Below are positions 9,968 to 19,360 of a stretch of 64,000 bases of DNA, piece after piece. Numbering within the stretch: the first letter of the stretch is position 1; each line of letters starts with the position of its first letter. The stretch covers positions 1 to 64,000 of the forward strand of contig JARVJZ010000002.1 in NCBI GenBank assembly GCA_029775855.1, in the 5' to 3' direction. Below the pieces are notes generated by a model. That model ran no database searches and was not told the origin of the DNA. It worked only from the letters and a program-made list of their open reading frames with translations. The stretch comes from Nitrososphaeria archaeon (GTDB lineage: Archaea > Thermoproteota > Nitrososphaeria > Nitrososphaerales > JAAOZN01). Position numbers and translations under genes: made by a program.

Positions 9968-10933
9968 TTACTGAATTAGCCCAATAGATTTTTTGAGCGT
10001 CTCTATGTTGATGTATCCAGCACTTATGGTTGAGCCGGTCTTGATGTTATTAACAGTTATTGAAGCTGGGGCAAAGAGACCTGGATCTATCTTGTAGAAG
10101 TCGTAGCCAGACTCCTTAAAGATCTCGTAAAACGGTCTACCGTAGGCTGGAGATGTAGAGGATGGCACCTTCTTAACGATCTCCTTTATCTCATCATCTG
10201 TATCGCAACTCACTTCAAAGTATGTGGCACCAGCATAGAGCAGCATATCATTAGTTCTACCCATAGCTTGAGCAAACTTGGGGTGAGAGGGTGCGATAGG
10301 CGCCCTACCGGAGCCGTAAAGCACCTTCTTTGGGTCAAAACCCACTTCAGTCAACTTATGCAGACCCATCTCAACGATTCTAGCTGAGATTTGGATGGAG
10401 CCAGCGATACTTGAGGTGGGCGCAACAGCAACATAGAGGTTCTTAGGCTCTACACCACAAGCTTGTGCAACAAAGTTAAGCGCCTCTACAGTCGGTAGAT
10501 TATCAGCCTCCAACACCAACACAGCTCTGTCGCAGCTGTCTTTGTAGGCGATCTTTTCATAGAGCTCTTTAGGTTTAAGAGCCAATGCTCTAGCCGGACC
10601 CGAACCCATCGCAAAGTATTTCCCAACCGAGATTCGCCAACCCGCAAATTGTGAACCGAGAAGCACGATAGCTGGTCTATCTACCTGCACATAGATCGTT
10701 GGCAGCTCTACACCACCATAGTCCGCTGAGCCAAGATTTACGCTTGCAAGCCCAGCCAAGCAGAGCTCGCTCAAATACTTCCCGGCTGCAAAGCCTCCTT
10801 TTGCCTTTACACCAGCATCTACAACGGTTGTGCCGTTCTCCATAACCTCTACTGATACATCGAGCACATCCTTCTCAGCAACCATTCTTTGGAAGACACC
10901 ATATGCACACGCATTAACACTAACCATATCCAT
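9968..10933 (-). CDS. mch: methenyl-H4MPT cyclohydrolase
   Basis: VDAGVKAKGG, GSQFAGW, FAMGSGPARALA, APTSSIAGSIQISARIVE, MGRTND, DFYKIDPGLFAPA; GGAGGTGA RBS before ATG 10933. Confidence 0.95.
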   Translation of the reverse strand: MDMVSVNACAYGVFQRMVAEKDVLDVSVEVMENGTTVVDAGVKAKGGFAAGKYLSELCLAGLASVNLGSADYGGVELPTIYVQVDRPAIVLLGSQFAGWRISVGKYFAMGSGPARALALKPKELYEKIAYKDSCDRAVLVLEADNLPTVEALNFVAQACGVEPKNLYVAVAPTSSIAGSIQISARIVEMGLHKLTEVGFDPKKVLYGSGRAPIAPSHPKFAQAMGRTNDMLLYAGATYFEVSCDTDDEIKEIVKKVPSSTSPAYGRPFYEIFKESGYDFYKIDPGLFAPASITVNNIKTGSTISAGYINIETLKKSIGLIQ

Positions 10934-10942
10934 ATTCACCTC

Positions 10943-11770
10943 CTAAAGTAAGTATGCCTCCCTATACTTAAGATGCGCATTTTTTGGAACAGAGATGAAG
11001 AGTTTACCATTTCCACCTTCAGTTATATCACCATAGAAAACATAGAATGGTCCCTGAACCTTTTCGCCATCTACTTTTGTGTTCGCTCTGATCTCGTCTA
11101 TGTTGAAGCTTGGGAGTATACTAGGCACATTACCTAAAACGACGATCTTGCCGTTTGTCATGGCTGCACCGAGTTTTGCACCTACATTTCCAGCAACGAA
11201 GATCGTGCCGCCTTGCATTCTAACCCCAGCGAAGACGTCAGCATTTCCACCTACCTTTATGGTTCCATCCTTCATCCAACAGCCTAACTCAGCGCCCGCA
11301 TTTCCTTTGATCACGATTAGACCCCCACGCATACCGCATCTAGTTCCCCAATAGCCTGAGCCAACAGCGTCGCCAGCATTACCGTTTACTTCTATCATCC
11401 CACCGCTCATCCCCATCCCTAAAAAGGCGTCAGCATCCCCATTTACCACTATGGTGCCGCCTGACATCTCAAACCCAACAAATGTGCCTACAGGTCCATT
11501 AATTGTAATCTTACCGGCAGACATATGCGCACCTATATGCCTAACCTTCCTTAAATCGCCCTCTATGATAAGGTGTAGGTCTGATGGGTTAGATGTTGAT
11601 TCGCCTTCAACTGTAAAGACCTCTGAAAGCTTAACAAGCCGATTTCCCCTCCAGGTTTCGAGGTTGAGTATCTCGTTGAAGGACTTCTTTGCTAAATTAT
11701 CTGGGGTTAACATCTCACCTTCAATAGGTGCTACAGATTGACCTTTCATCTTTAACTTGAGCTCAACCAT
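10943..11770 (-). CDS. fwdC: formylmethanofuran dehydrogenase subunit C
   Basis: repeated GxxMxxGxIxVxG beta-helix motifs; GGTGA RBS supports ATG at 11770 rather than the ORF-track start. Confidence 0.92.
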   Translation of the reverse strand: MVELKLKMKGQSVAPIEGEMLTPDNLAKKSFNEILNLETWRGNRLVKLSEVFTVEGESTSNPSDLHLIIEGDLRKVRHIGAHMSAGKITINGPVGTFVGFEMSGGTIVVNGDADAFLGMGMSGGMIEVNGNAGDAVGSGYWGTRCGMRGGLIVIKGNAGAELGCWMKDGTIKVGGNADVFAGVRMQGGTIFVAGNVGAKLGAAMTNGKIVVLGNVPSILPSFNIDEIRANTKVDGEKVQGPFYVFYGDITEGGNGKLFISVPKNAHLKYREAYLL

Positions 11771-11778
11771 AATCACCT

Positions 11779-13479
11779 TCACCCCGCAGGCTCTAGTGGC
11801 TGTATAGGCGCTGAACAAGCTAAGTACGATTCAGGTATGTAGTAGTTTTCGTATCTGATTGTATAATAATCTTCAAAGAGCCGTTTAACCTCAGGTATCA
11901 CAGCATCTTCAATGTCTTGAGGCGCCTTTGTATTTACCCAATAGGTTCGCCCAACCGGTGCTGATACTATTTCACCCTCCTTTGCCACTATTTCACCATC
12001 TTTCATAGTCAAATAGGCTTTTGCAAAGGCTTGCCTAACAGTCTTGTAGTCTTTAGATGGGTTGACCTCCTTCGGGTTTATGTTGTAGACGGCAATATCA
12101 GCATCCGCACCTACACCAAGATGCCCCTTATTACTCAACCCAAGTATCTTGGCTGTAGCAGCCCTCGTTGAAATCGCAAGATCATAGAAGGTGTATTCCC
12201 TATCTATATCCTTAAGGTTAGTTCTGGCACGCGCCAACCGCGGCAACTTCTTCAAAACCTTTGCTCTAGCTTCCTTGCTCATAAGCCAAGAGAAGACGCG
12301 AGGATATTCTGTAAACGGTCCACCATTAGGATGGTCAGTAGTTATAAATACGCGCCAAGGATCTTCGATGAGTAAAGCCAATTCAAGACCTATCGCCCAC
12401 ATGACAGCGTGAACATAATTTGATCTGCTGTAGGTTATCGGCACAACACCAGCCCCAGTCTCCACTTCAACGTCAGCATTAGCCCACTTACCTCTAAGTA
12501 ATGTAAAGAGTTTATATTCAAACGGTCCGTCTGCGGTCATAGTTGTTGTGTCGCCAAATATCACTTGACCTATATCTATCGTAACATGTGGATTCTTATT
12601 CACATAGTCAGCTACTGCATCAGCACCCGATGAAAGCGAAAGATAGTCTACACCACCATAGGCGTTAAACTGCACATGCGTGAGATGTATAATAGGCCTA
12701 TCACCAGCGGCAAGATCCTTAACAGCATCCAAAGTCCTCAAAGTGGTTTTATAGTTTCCAGGCACACCTAATTGATTAGCGTGCACATGAATTGGATGAG
12801 GTAACCCAAGCATCTTATTGACCTTAACCAGCCCTCTAACAATCTCTCTCGGTGTTATTCCAAATCTTGGAACCTCTTGGTCAAAGTCTTGAACCGTTCC
12901 GCCCCACTTCCAAGCCTCTACTCCTCCTGGGTCTACTACCTTTATCGCGTAGCCTTTTACGCTGCGCATGAGCCAAGCAATGTATGCTGCGCACTCCTCT
13001 AACTTACCATCTCTAATATACTCCATAACAAACCAGTTGTTTCCGAATAATGGGAAGCAAGCTTTGTCCAATATGGGTATGTCATTCAACTCGTCGTGTG
13101 TGTGCACCGTCTTTAAGGGCGGCGTTGCAGGCTCAAAGACGGTTGTGTATCCTAAAGTTGCGTATCTGTAGCCTGTTGTAAAGATTGAGGGCACGGAGTG
13201 TCCTACGCCCGAGCGTCTAACGCCTTTCTTTACTTCGTAGTCTTTATAGTGGTCTTCTGGTCTGAAAAGTCTACCTATATTCACTTTTGAGCCCGCTATG
13301 TGTGAATGTAGGTCAACCCCACCTGGCATAACGAGCATATCTTTTACATCGATGACTTTAGCCTTAGATTCGTCAACCGATTCGACGATCTTTCCATCTT
13401 TGACCGCTATATCTTTACGCTCACAGTCTATCTTATTTGCCGGGTCGACTACATATCCATTCTTTAACAGATACTCCAC
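11779..13479 (-). CDS. fwdA: formylmethanofuran dehydrogenase subunit A (amidohydrolase)
   Basis: GGVDLHSHIAG, FRPEDH, IKVVDPGG, HVHANQLG, THVQF, TTMTADGP, TDHPNGGPF. Confidence 0.95.
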   Translation of the reverse strand: MEYLLKNGYVVDPANKIDCERKDIAVKDGKIVESVDESKAKVIDVKDMLVMPGGVDLHSHIAGSKVNIGRLFRPEDHYKDYEVKKGVRRSGVGHSVPSIFTTGYRYATLGYTTVFEPATPPLKTVHTHDELNDIPILDKACFPLFGNNWFVMEYIRDGKLEECAAYIAWLMRSVKGYAIKVVDPGGVEAWKWGGTVQDFDQEVPRFGITPREIVRGLVKVNKMLGLPHPIHVHANQLGVPGNYKTTLRTLDAVKDLAAGDRPIIHLTHVQFNAYGGVDYLSLSSGADAVADYVNKNPHVTIDIGQVIFGDTTTMTADGPFEYKLFTLLRGKWANADVEVETGAGVVPITYSRSNYVHAVMWAIGLELALLIEDPWRVFITTDHPNGGPFTEYPRVFSWLMSKEARAKVLKKLPRLARARTNLKDIDREYTFYDLAISTRAATAKILGLSNKGHLGVGADADIAVYNINPKEVNPSKDYKTVRQAFAKAYLTMKDGEIVAKEGEIVSAPVGRTYWVNTKAPQDIEDAVIPEVKRLFEDYYTIRYENYYIPESYLACSAPIQPLEPAG

Positions 13480-13485
13480 CTTATA

Positions 13486-14784
13486 TCACCTACCACCCTT
13501 AAGCTCACGCACACGCTTTAGAATCAAGTCAAGTATCTGCGTGTCAGGTAGTATACCTTCTGGCGGCTCAACAACCTTCTTAAGTATCATACCTACCCCA
13601 TCCATTCTATACGCTGTCCCACCTTCCTCTATTCCAACAAAAGCACAAGGTATGACTACATCAGCCATAAACGCGGTTAGCGAGATATGAGGATCTATGA
13701 CCGCAAGAGGTTTGCTGCAGAGGTGCTTCACTGCGTCCTTCGGTAGATTTGCTACTGGATCAGAGGCTACAACGAGTGTAGCATCATTATACCCTCTGCT
13801 CAGCACATCCACAGCTGTTGTGTCACCGGGTTCATATCTTGGGTACCCTCTACTGAAGTCTACAGCATAGGGGTAGCCAGTCTGCCAAGTGAAGACCTTA
13901 TTTGCTCCTGTTACATTATAATGGCCTCTCATAGGCATGATGGCGAACTTCGTCCAGCGATTAAGCTCACGCACCAAAGTTATCGCGCCATCTATATTCC
14001 TCTCTTTACCCTCGCTCATCGTCAAACCCAAGCCAAAGAAGAGCACACCAAATTCGCAGCTTCTCATGAGCTCAGCTAATTCCTCTATCTGCTCAACCGG
14101 CACACCAGCAACCTCTTGCTCTTCTATCTCCTCGTTCTGAAGCATCATCTTCAACGCAGCCATCAGCTCATAATCTTGATTCGGCTTGACTTGAATAAAG
14201 AGGTTAGCGTTGCGAGCGGTAGGAGTCTTCCTAACATCTACCACGACAACCTTTCTCTGCTCAGGCAACCTAAATCTTCCTTTCGAAAGCGAGCTATACC
14301 TTTTCATATGCCTTGTGTGGGCTGATGAGGGATTGCATCCCCAGTAGATGATCAAGTCTGCTCTTGCCCTAACTTCACCAAGAGAGCAAGTCGGCTCGCC
14401 GAAGTCTTGCACACCTAGTATACTGGGTCCGTGGCAGACTGTTGTAGTGTTATCTATAACCCCACCTACTTCCTCCGCCAATTCAACGCCCTTCTTTTGG
14501 GCTTCGCAAGAGGTGAGGCTCCAACCGTAGATCAGAGGGTATTCTGCTTCAACGAGTATTCTAGCTACACGCTCTATCGCTGCCTCAAGTGTTGTAGGTT
14601 TCAGCTCACCATCCACACGGATAAGGGGGGTAGTATTCCTATCTTTGTTGAAGTTAAGGAACTTAGATGTAGAGATTGCGCAATCCGTCCTAACTTTAAC
14701 TATCTTATTATCCTCAACATACACCTCATTATCATCACAGAGACTTCCACACCCAGGGCATAACACAGCGTTAATGACCTTCAT
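13486..14784 (-). CDS. fwdB: formylmethanofuran dehydrogenase subunit B (Mo/W-bis-pterin, Cys-ligated)
   Basis: CPGCGSLCDD...DC Fe-S motif, VCHGP, YWGCNP, PMRGHYNV, WQTGYPYAVDF, GTAYRMDG. Confidence 0.95.
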   Translation of the reverse strand: MKVINAVLCPGCGSLCDDNEVYVEDNKIVKVRTDCAISTSKFLNFNKDRNTTPLIRVDGELKPTTLEAAIERVARILVEAEYPLIYGWSLTSCEAQKKGVELAEEVGGVIDNTTTVCHGPSILGVQDFGEPTCSLGEVRARADLIIYWGCNPSSAHTRHMKRYSSLSKGRFRLPEQRKVVVVDVRKTPTARNANLFIQVKPNQDYELMAALKMMLQNEEIEEQEVAGVPVEQIEELAELMRSCEFGVLFFGLGLTMSEGKERNIDGAITLVRELNRWTKFAIMPMRGHYNVTGANKVFTWQTGYPYAVDFSRGYPRYEPGDTTAVDVLSRGYNDATLVVASDPVANLPKDAVKHLCSKPLAVIDPHISLTAFMADVVIPCAFVGIEEGGTAYRMDGVGMILKKVVEPPEGILPDTQILDLILKRVRELKGGR

Positions 14785-14787
14785 CCT

Positions 14788-15177
14788 TCACTTCCTCCCA
14801 TACATCTTGACAAGCAGCTCCTTAAGCTCGGGCACAGATTCTCCAGGAGCAGGCTCAACTTCAACAGGTATACCTTTAAAGCTTGGCATACCAGTGCCCC
14901 CGGTTTTAGTGCCTATAAGCAGATTGGCGTACGGTCCGTAGGGTATGAAGACACTTCCTCTGTGAACAAGAGCTGATGAGGAGACCTTTAGAACTACGCT
15001 TCCATACTCTGTTGTCAACCTTACGCAGTCGCCTGGCTTTATATTAAGCATTTTTAGGTCTTCAGGATCCATTTGGCAAGTTGAGACTTCTTGAATGTAT
15101 TTGTCTGAGAATTTTCCAGCTTCTTTCCCAACGCCTTGAACTAGGCTTCTACCTGTTAAAAGTGTGAATCTTACCAA
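14788..15177 (-). CDS. fwdD: formylmethanofuran dehydrogenase subunit D
   Basis: LLTGRSLVQG, VFIPYGPYAN, TGGTGMPSFKG. Confidence 0.9.
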   Translation of the reverse strand: MVRFTLLTGRSLVQGVGKEAGKFSDKYIQEVSTCQMDPEDLKMLNIKPGDCVRLTTEYGSVVLKVSSSALVHRGSVFIPYGPYANLLIGTKTGGTGMPSFKGIPVEVEPAPGESVPELKELLVKMYGRK

Positions 15178-15210
15178 AGTTGCTCTATCATTTTCTTTTA
15201 ATTAACCCTT

Positions 15211-15245
15211 TAATAGATTTTCGTTACCATAGTGTAAGTCTATTA
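15211..15245. promoter_or_regulatory. imperfect inverted repeat in the fwdD/citG divergent intergenic region (candidate operator)
   Basis: TAATAGATT...AGTCTATTA arms with one mismatch, plus an overlapping TTAC-N6-GTAA. Confidence 0.3.
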
Positions 15246-15351
15246 TTCAAGTTAACAGCAATAAGCAGATATATGCCAATAAAGCGTTAATACATATTGT
15301 TTTACAAAATTTTAAACCTTTTTCTAGAAGATGATATATGATTAAGTTAGG

Positions 15352-16329
15352 TTGGGTAAGGGTAGAGTGAAAGGTGTTGCGGACATAGCGCTCTGCGGCA
15401 CATTAGCATCGATGCTTGAAGTAGCAGGTTGGCCTAAGCCTGGGAACGTGCATAGAACCAGCTCTTTTGAGCCTAAATTTGAACGATTTTTATGTGGCGC
15501 AGCTATACTCTATACTCCCTTATTGAAAGCAGCCGAAGCTGGTTTCTTGGCTGCGAGCGAGGTTAAGATCAGCGGCTGGAAGTTTGGTGAATTGTTGACA
15601 CTTTCATACACCTTAGGGTTAGATTGGCATAGAGAGGGGAATACTAACTTGGGGACAGCGATGCTTCTTCTACCTCTTTCAGCGGGTGCTGGTTTACTCT
15701 TAGGCTCAGAAGGAAAGCTAGATTTTAAAGGTCTTCGTAGGGCTACTGAGACTATGCTTCAAGCGACTGATGTAAATGACGCACTTATATTCTATAAGTT
15801 GCTCAGAAAAATTGGAAAAAGATGGCTTGGAAGAGTGAAAGGCGGTGTAATCGATGTACTCGACCCAAGAGCATATGTAAAGATAAGAAGGTTAGGTTGC
15901 ACCTTCCTAGATCTAATGAAGATGTCTGCAGAGTGGGATAGTGTAGCTTATGAGTTGGCTCACTCTATGCCCATAACTTTTGAATTAACCTACCCAACTA
16001 TGGTTAAATATTATCGTGAAAGCGGCAACATAAATGTTGCAACAGTAAACACTTTCTTGACGATCTTAGCACAGAAGAGCGACACATTTATTGTCAGAAA
16101 GTTAAAGGCAGTGGGTGTAGATGGTGCTGAGGAGGAAGCAAAGAGGGTTTCTGAGATGGCTCGTGAGGCTTTGAAGTTAGGTGGCGTAGCGACTGAAGTC
16201 GGAAGAGAGAGGTTATTTAAGATGGATGAAGAGCTAAAGCGTAAAGGAGGGCTGTTAAACCCAGGCTCAACAGCTGATTTGGTTGCTGCTGGGTTGATGC
16301 TTCTCCTACTTTCTGGTGTGAAGATTTAG
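15352..16329 (+). CDS. CitG-family protein (Orf7-like, H4MPT-linked)
   Basis: LEVAGWPKPGNVHR, GNTNLG, DTFIVRK, NPGSTADL. Confidence 0.8.
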   Translation: MGKGRVKGVADIALCGTLASMLEVAGWPKPGNVHRTSSFEPKFERFLCGAAILYTPLLKAAEAGFLAASEVKISGWKFGELLTLSYTLGLDWHREGNTNLGTAMLLLPLSAGAGLLLGSEGKLDFKGLRRATETMLQATDVNDALIFYKLLRKIGKRWLGRVKGGVIDVLDPRAYVKIRRLGCTFLDLMKMSAEWDSVAYELAHSMPITFELTYPTMVKYYRESGNINVATVNTFLTILAQKSDTFIVRKLKAVGVDGAEEEAKRVSEMAREALKLGGVATEVGRERLFKMDEELKRKGGLLNPGSTADLVAAGLMLLLLSGVKI

Positions 16330-17378
16330 TTTTTGAGTCTTACTGGTTTTAGGTAATCTTTTCCGTTCGCTTCAGGTGAGCCTATAACTAGCCGAAGATA
16401 CTTTTCGCCAGTCTTACGATTGACTTCTTCAACTTTTCCATATGCTACTATATCTTCACCTTCATAAGCTATGCTTCCGTAGAAGCCTTCGTATGACGAT
16501 ACCTTTGATATCTCCCAATTACGCTCCCCTTCTTCAACCCGAACGCTACTTACCTGGTACGTGTATGGTGTGTAGAGGTCTTCAACTACATGCTCTACAC
16601 TAGCCCTTATACGTGCAAACCCTAATCCCCTAAACCGCTCTGAACCATATACAAAATCTACTTCCCCATCTAGGCGTATCGGATGTATTGAAAAGGTTGT
16701 TCCTTTATAGAGCGCATACCCCCACTTTCTACTATAAATATATGCGGCTTCGCTTGCTGATATTGGATAAGCTTGAGCCTTCTCTGCACACCACCGCTCT
16801 AGATCTGAACCTTGTAAACGTGTTAAGCCAGATTGAGGCTCGTTGTATAAGGTTAAAAGTGCATCCCTCACCTTAAGGCTGTTTTCTCTGCCATACACAA
16901 CCAAGTCTATGTCTGAAAAGGATGGGTTATGGATCTTAAGTAGGATTGAGCCTGTTAACCCGAAGGCATCTTTTGGCACCCCGCTCCTTTCTGAGAGTAA
17001 GTTGACGAGGTTTAGGGTCTTTTCTTCGAGGGTATCATTAGGCCCTTTCGTTATGATTTCACTTAACCTACTGTTTGGTTTGTAGTGTCTTAAGATGTAT
17101 TTTTTGGGGATAGCGGATATCTTAAAGCCCATAACCCTAGAGTTAAAGACATATTGGGGGTAATGCTCCTCCAGCCACCTTATATTCTTAACAACTTCAG
17201 ATGCAGAGTAGTATTTCATCGCCCTCGAATAACGCATAGAGCCGCTTCCCCACTTACCATCAGCTGAGGGAAGATACTTTAGATACGCTATAACCCTATC
17301 CTTCGGATGCGCGTAGCCTACTACACAGAATATAAGACCCTCTTTAGTCTCTATGAACTCACGGTCCTTGTATTGCAA
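16326..17378 (-). CDS. predicted Pol-beta superfamily nucleotidyltransferase (COG1665-like)
   Basis: DREFIET..GLIFCVVGYAHP..RVIAYLKY N-terminus; GLTGSILL..SDIDLVVYG catalytic motif. Confidence 0.7.
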   Translation of the reverse strand: MQYKDREFIETKEGLIFCVVGYAHPKDRVIAYLKYLPSADGKWGSGSMRYSRAMKYYSASEVVKNIRWLEEHYPQYVFNSRVMGFKISAIPKKYILRHYKPNSRLSEIITKGPNDTLEEKTLNLVNLLSERSGVPKDAFGLTGSILLKIHNPSFSDIDLVVYGRENSLKVRDALLTLYNEPQSGLTRLQGSDLERWCAEKAQAYPISASEAAYIYSRKWGYALYKGTTFSIHPIRLDGEVDFVYGSERFRGLGFARIRASVEHVVEDLYTPYTYQVSSVRVEEGERNWEISKVSSYEGFYGSIAYEGEDIVAYGKVEEVNRKTGEKYLRLVIGSPEANGKDYLKPVRLKN

Positions 17379-17379
17379 A

Positions 17380-18489
17380 CTACTTACTCCTCGTCAGATT
17401 AGCGAGTTCTAAGATGACTGCTTGGAAGATCTCTATACTTTGCAGAAACTCCTTAATTTCAATACCCTCTTTACGTGTATGTGACAGATGAGGGTTCCCA
17501 GGACCGTAGGTAACTACTGGTATCCTGAGTGTTGTGCCAAGTGTATTCATGTCACCTGTGCCAGTCTTGTTAATGAGTAGGGGTCTTTTACCTCTAATCT
17601 TCAAGATAGCTCTAACTAGCGCTCTGAGTATAGGTGAGTTTCTATCAGCTTCAAAAGGCTCGGTTTGGTCTAAGATCTGCATCTCGAACTTTGGAAAGGA
17701 GAGGTCGCGCTCAAATTTGCCAACAATCGCTTTAACATTATTTAAGATCTGAGTAGTTGTGTAATTTGGCGGTATCCTTATATCGACAGTTATAGAGCAT
17801 CGCCCGGGCATAACATTATGTGAAGAACCACCCCTTATCTTTGTGAGGCAAGAAGTTATAGATCTGTATCGGTCGCCGTCAACACCCTTCTCGGCAAAAG
17901 ACGCCTTTATAGCTTGCCAAACTTCAAGCAGCCTTTCAACCGCGTTTTCAGACATCCAAGGCGCACTAGCGTGCACACTAGGGGTTTCACAGATAAGTTT
18001 GAGCGCGAGCCTACCTTTATACCCTACTGTTATGTTATCAAGTCCACTTGGCTCTCCAAATATTGCGTAGTCAGCATCTATACCACGTCTAAGAAGCTCC
18101 TTTAACCCTAGACTATTACCCTCTTCATCACTAACCGCAGCCACGATAATCTTACCTACATCTTGTTTGTCAGCAACTTTAGATGCAGCTAGTATCATTG
18201 ACGCTAATGCTGACTTAGCGTCGCACGCGCCCCTACCGTATATGAAGCCTTTCGATATGCGTGTGGGTTGATATCCTGGGACTGTATCCATGTGTCCACA
18301 GAGTAGTAGTTTCGGGCTTCCAGAGCCTACTTCACCCACAACATTATTTACTTCATCAACAAATACGTTTTTGAAGCCTAGTTCTTTACTCATAGAATCT
18401 TTTAGAAAGAGGGCTAGCTCACGCTCCATTCTTGACGGCGAGTAAATCCTCAACATCTCTGTAAGGAAGCCTACTTCGTAGTTCATCAT
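17380..18489 (-). CDS. lysK: [LysW]-lysine/[LysW]-ornithine hydrolase (M20 family)
   Basis: CGHMDTVPG, GRGACDAKS, SDEEG, GEPSG, GTGDMN, YGPG. Confidence 0.88.
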   Translation of the reverse strand: MMNYEVGFLTEMLRIYSPSRMERELALFLKDSMSKELGFKNVFVDEVNNVVGEVGSGSPKLLLCGHMDTVPGYQPTRISKGFIYGRGACDAKSALASMILAASKVADKQDVGKIIVAAVSDEEGNSLGLKELLRRGIDADYAIFGEPSGLDNITVGYKGRLALKLICETPSVHASAPWMSENAVERLLEVWQAIKASFAEKGVDGDRYRSITSCLTKIRGGSSHNVMPGRCSITVDIRIPPNYTTTQILNNVKAIVGKFERDLSFPKFEMQILDQTEPFEADRNSPILRALVRAILKIRGKRPLLINKTGTGDMNTLGTTLRIPVVTYGPGNPHLSHTRKEGIEIKEFLQSIEIFQAVILELANLTRSK

Positions 18490-18492
18490 CTC

Positions 18493-19341
18493 TTATTTAG
18501 CCTTCTCCACAAGGTAGTCTATGATGTGTGCCGGTATGTCTACGCCTGTTGCTGGGACGCTGTTTCTGAATTCAGTTGTGTTGTTAACCTCATGTACCAC
18601 TAGACCGTTAGGTGTCTCCATGCAGTCAACTCCAAATATTCCTTCTCCTATTGCGCGTGCAGCCTTTAAGCAGATGTCTTCAACCTCTTTAGATACGGGG
18701 CAGTTCAAAGCTTTACCGCCTCTTGATGTGTTTGTGCGCCAGCTTCCTTCAGCAGCCACTCGATAAATGGCTGCAACAACCCTATCTCCGACTACAAACG
18801 CACGGATATCTCTAGGTGGTCTATTTACTTTTTCCTGCAAGTAGTAGACTTGGTAAAGAGGGAACATATGTTCACGGTCTTCAAGCACAGCCTCAGCGGC
18901 TTCTTTATCGTTGACCAAAGCAAGGAGTCTACCCCAGCTACCTATAACAGGCTTGATTACAGCTGGGTATCCTAATTCTTCTAGCGCAGCCATAGAGCCT
19001 TCTGGTGTAAATGCAAGCATCGTTTTAGGTGTGGGAACACCAGCCCTTATGAGGGCAAGAGTTGTTAGGAGTTTGTTTCCAGCGGTTATAGCCTCGTGCA
19101 GCCCATTGACAACCTTAATTCCATGTGACTCAAGCAGCGCTGTTAGATGCAGACTTCTGAAGTAGCTTACGCATCTCTGTAGCACAATATCTCCATATTC
19201 TGCCTTGTTGATCTTTGCCAAGTTATAGTACTGGTCTTTACATTCGATAGGTCTTAGGTTGACGTTCTTCCGTTTAGATGCTTCGATTAGAGCCTTTTCT
19301 TCCCATCTTGCGGTGTCGTAGAGCATTGTTATCGTTGGCAT
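18493..19341 (-). CDS. lysX: alpha-aminoadipate--LysW ligase
   Basis: RWEEKAL, QRCVSY, KPVIGSWGR, WRTN, EVNNTTEFRNS (LysX-type Asn signature); downstream of hcs-lysW. Confidence 0.85.
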   Translation of the reverse strand: MPTITMLYDTARWEEKALIEASKRKNVNLRPIECKDQYYNLAKINKAEYGDIVLQRCVSYFRSLHLTALLESHGIKVVNGLHEAITAGNKLLTTLALIRAGVPTPKTMLAFTPEGSMAALEELGYPAVIKPVIGSWGRLLALVNDKEAAEAVLEDREHMFPLYQVYYLQEKVNRPPRDIRAFVVGDRVVAAIYRVAAEGSWRTNTSRGGKALNCPVSKEVEDICLKAARAIGEGIFGVDCMETPNGLVVHEVNNTTEFRNSVPATGVDIPAHIIDYLVEKAK

Positions 19342-19360
19342 ATGGGACCCCAGTGTGCGC

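Noticed and set aside
13486-14784. Selenocysteine FwdB or methylotroph-type FhcB
   Set aside because: The ligand position is Cys (VCHGP) with no in-frame TGA; the Fe-S motif and fwdD are retained, unlike Fhc.
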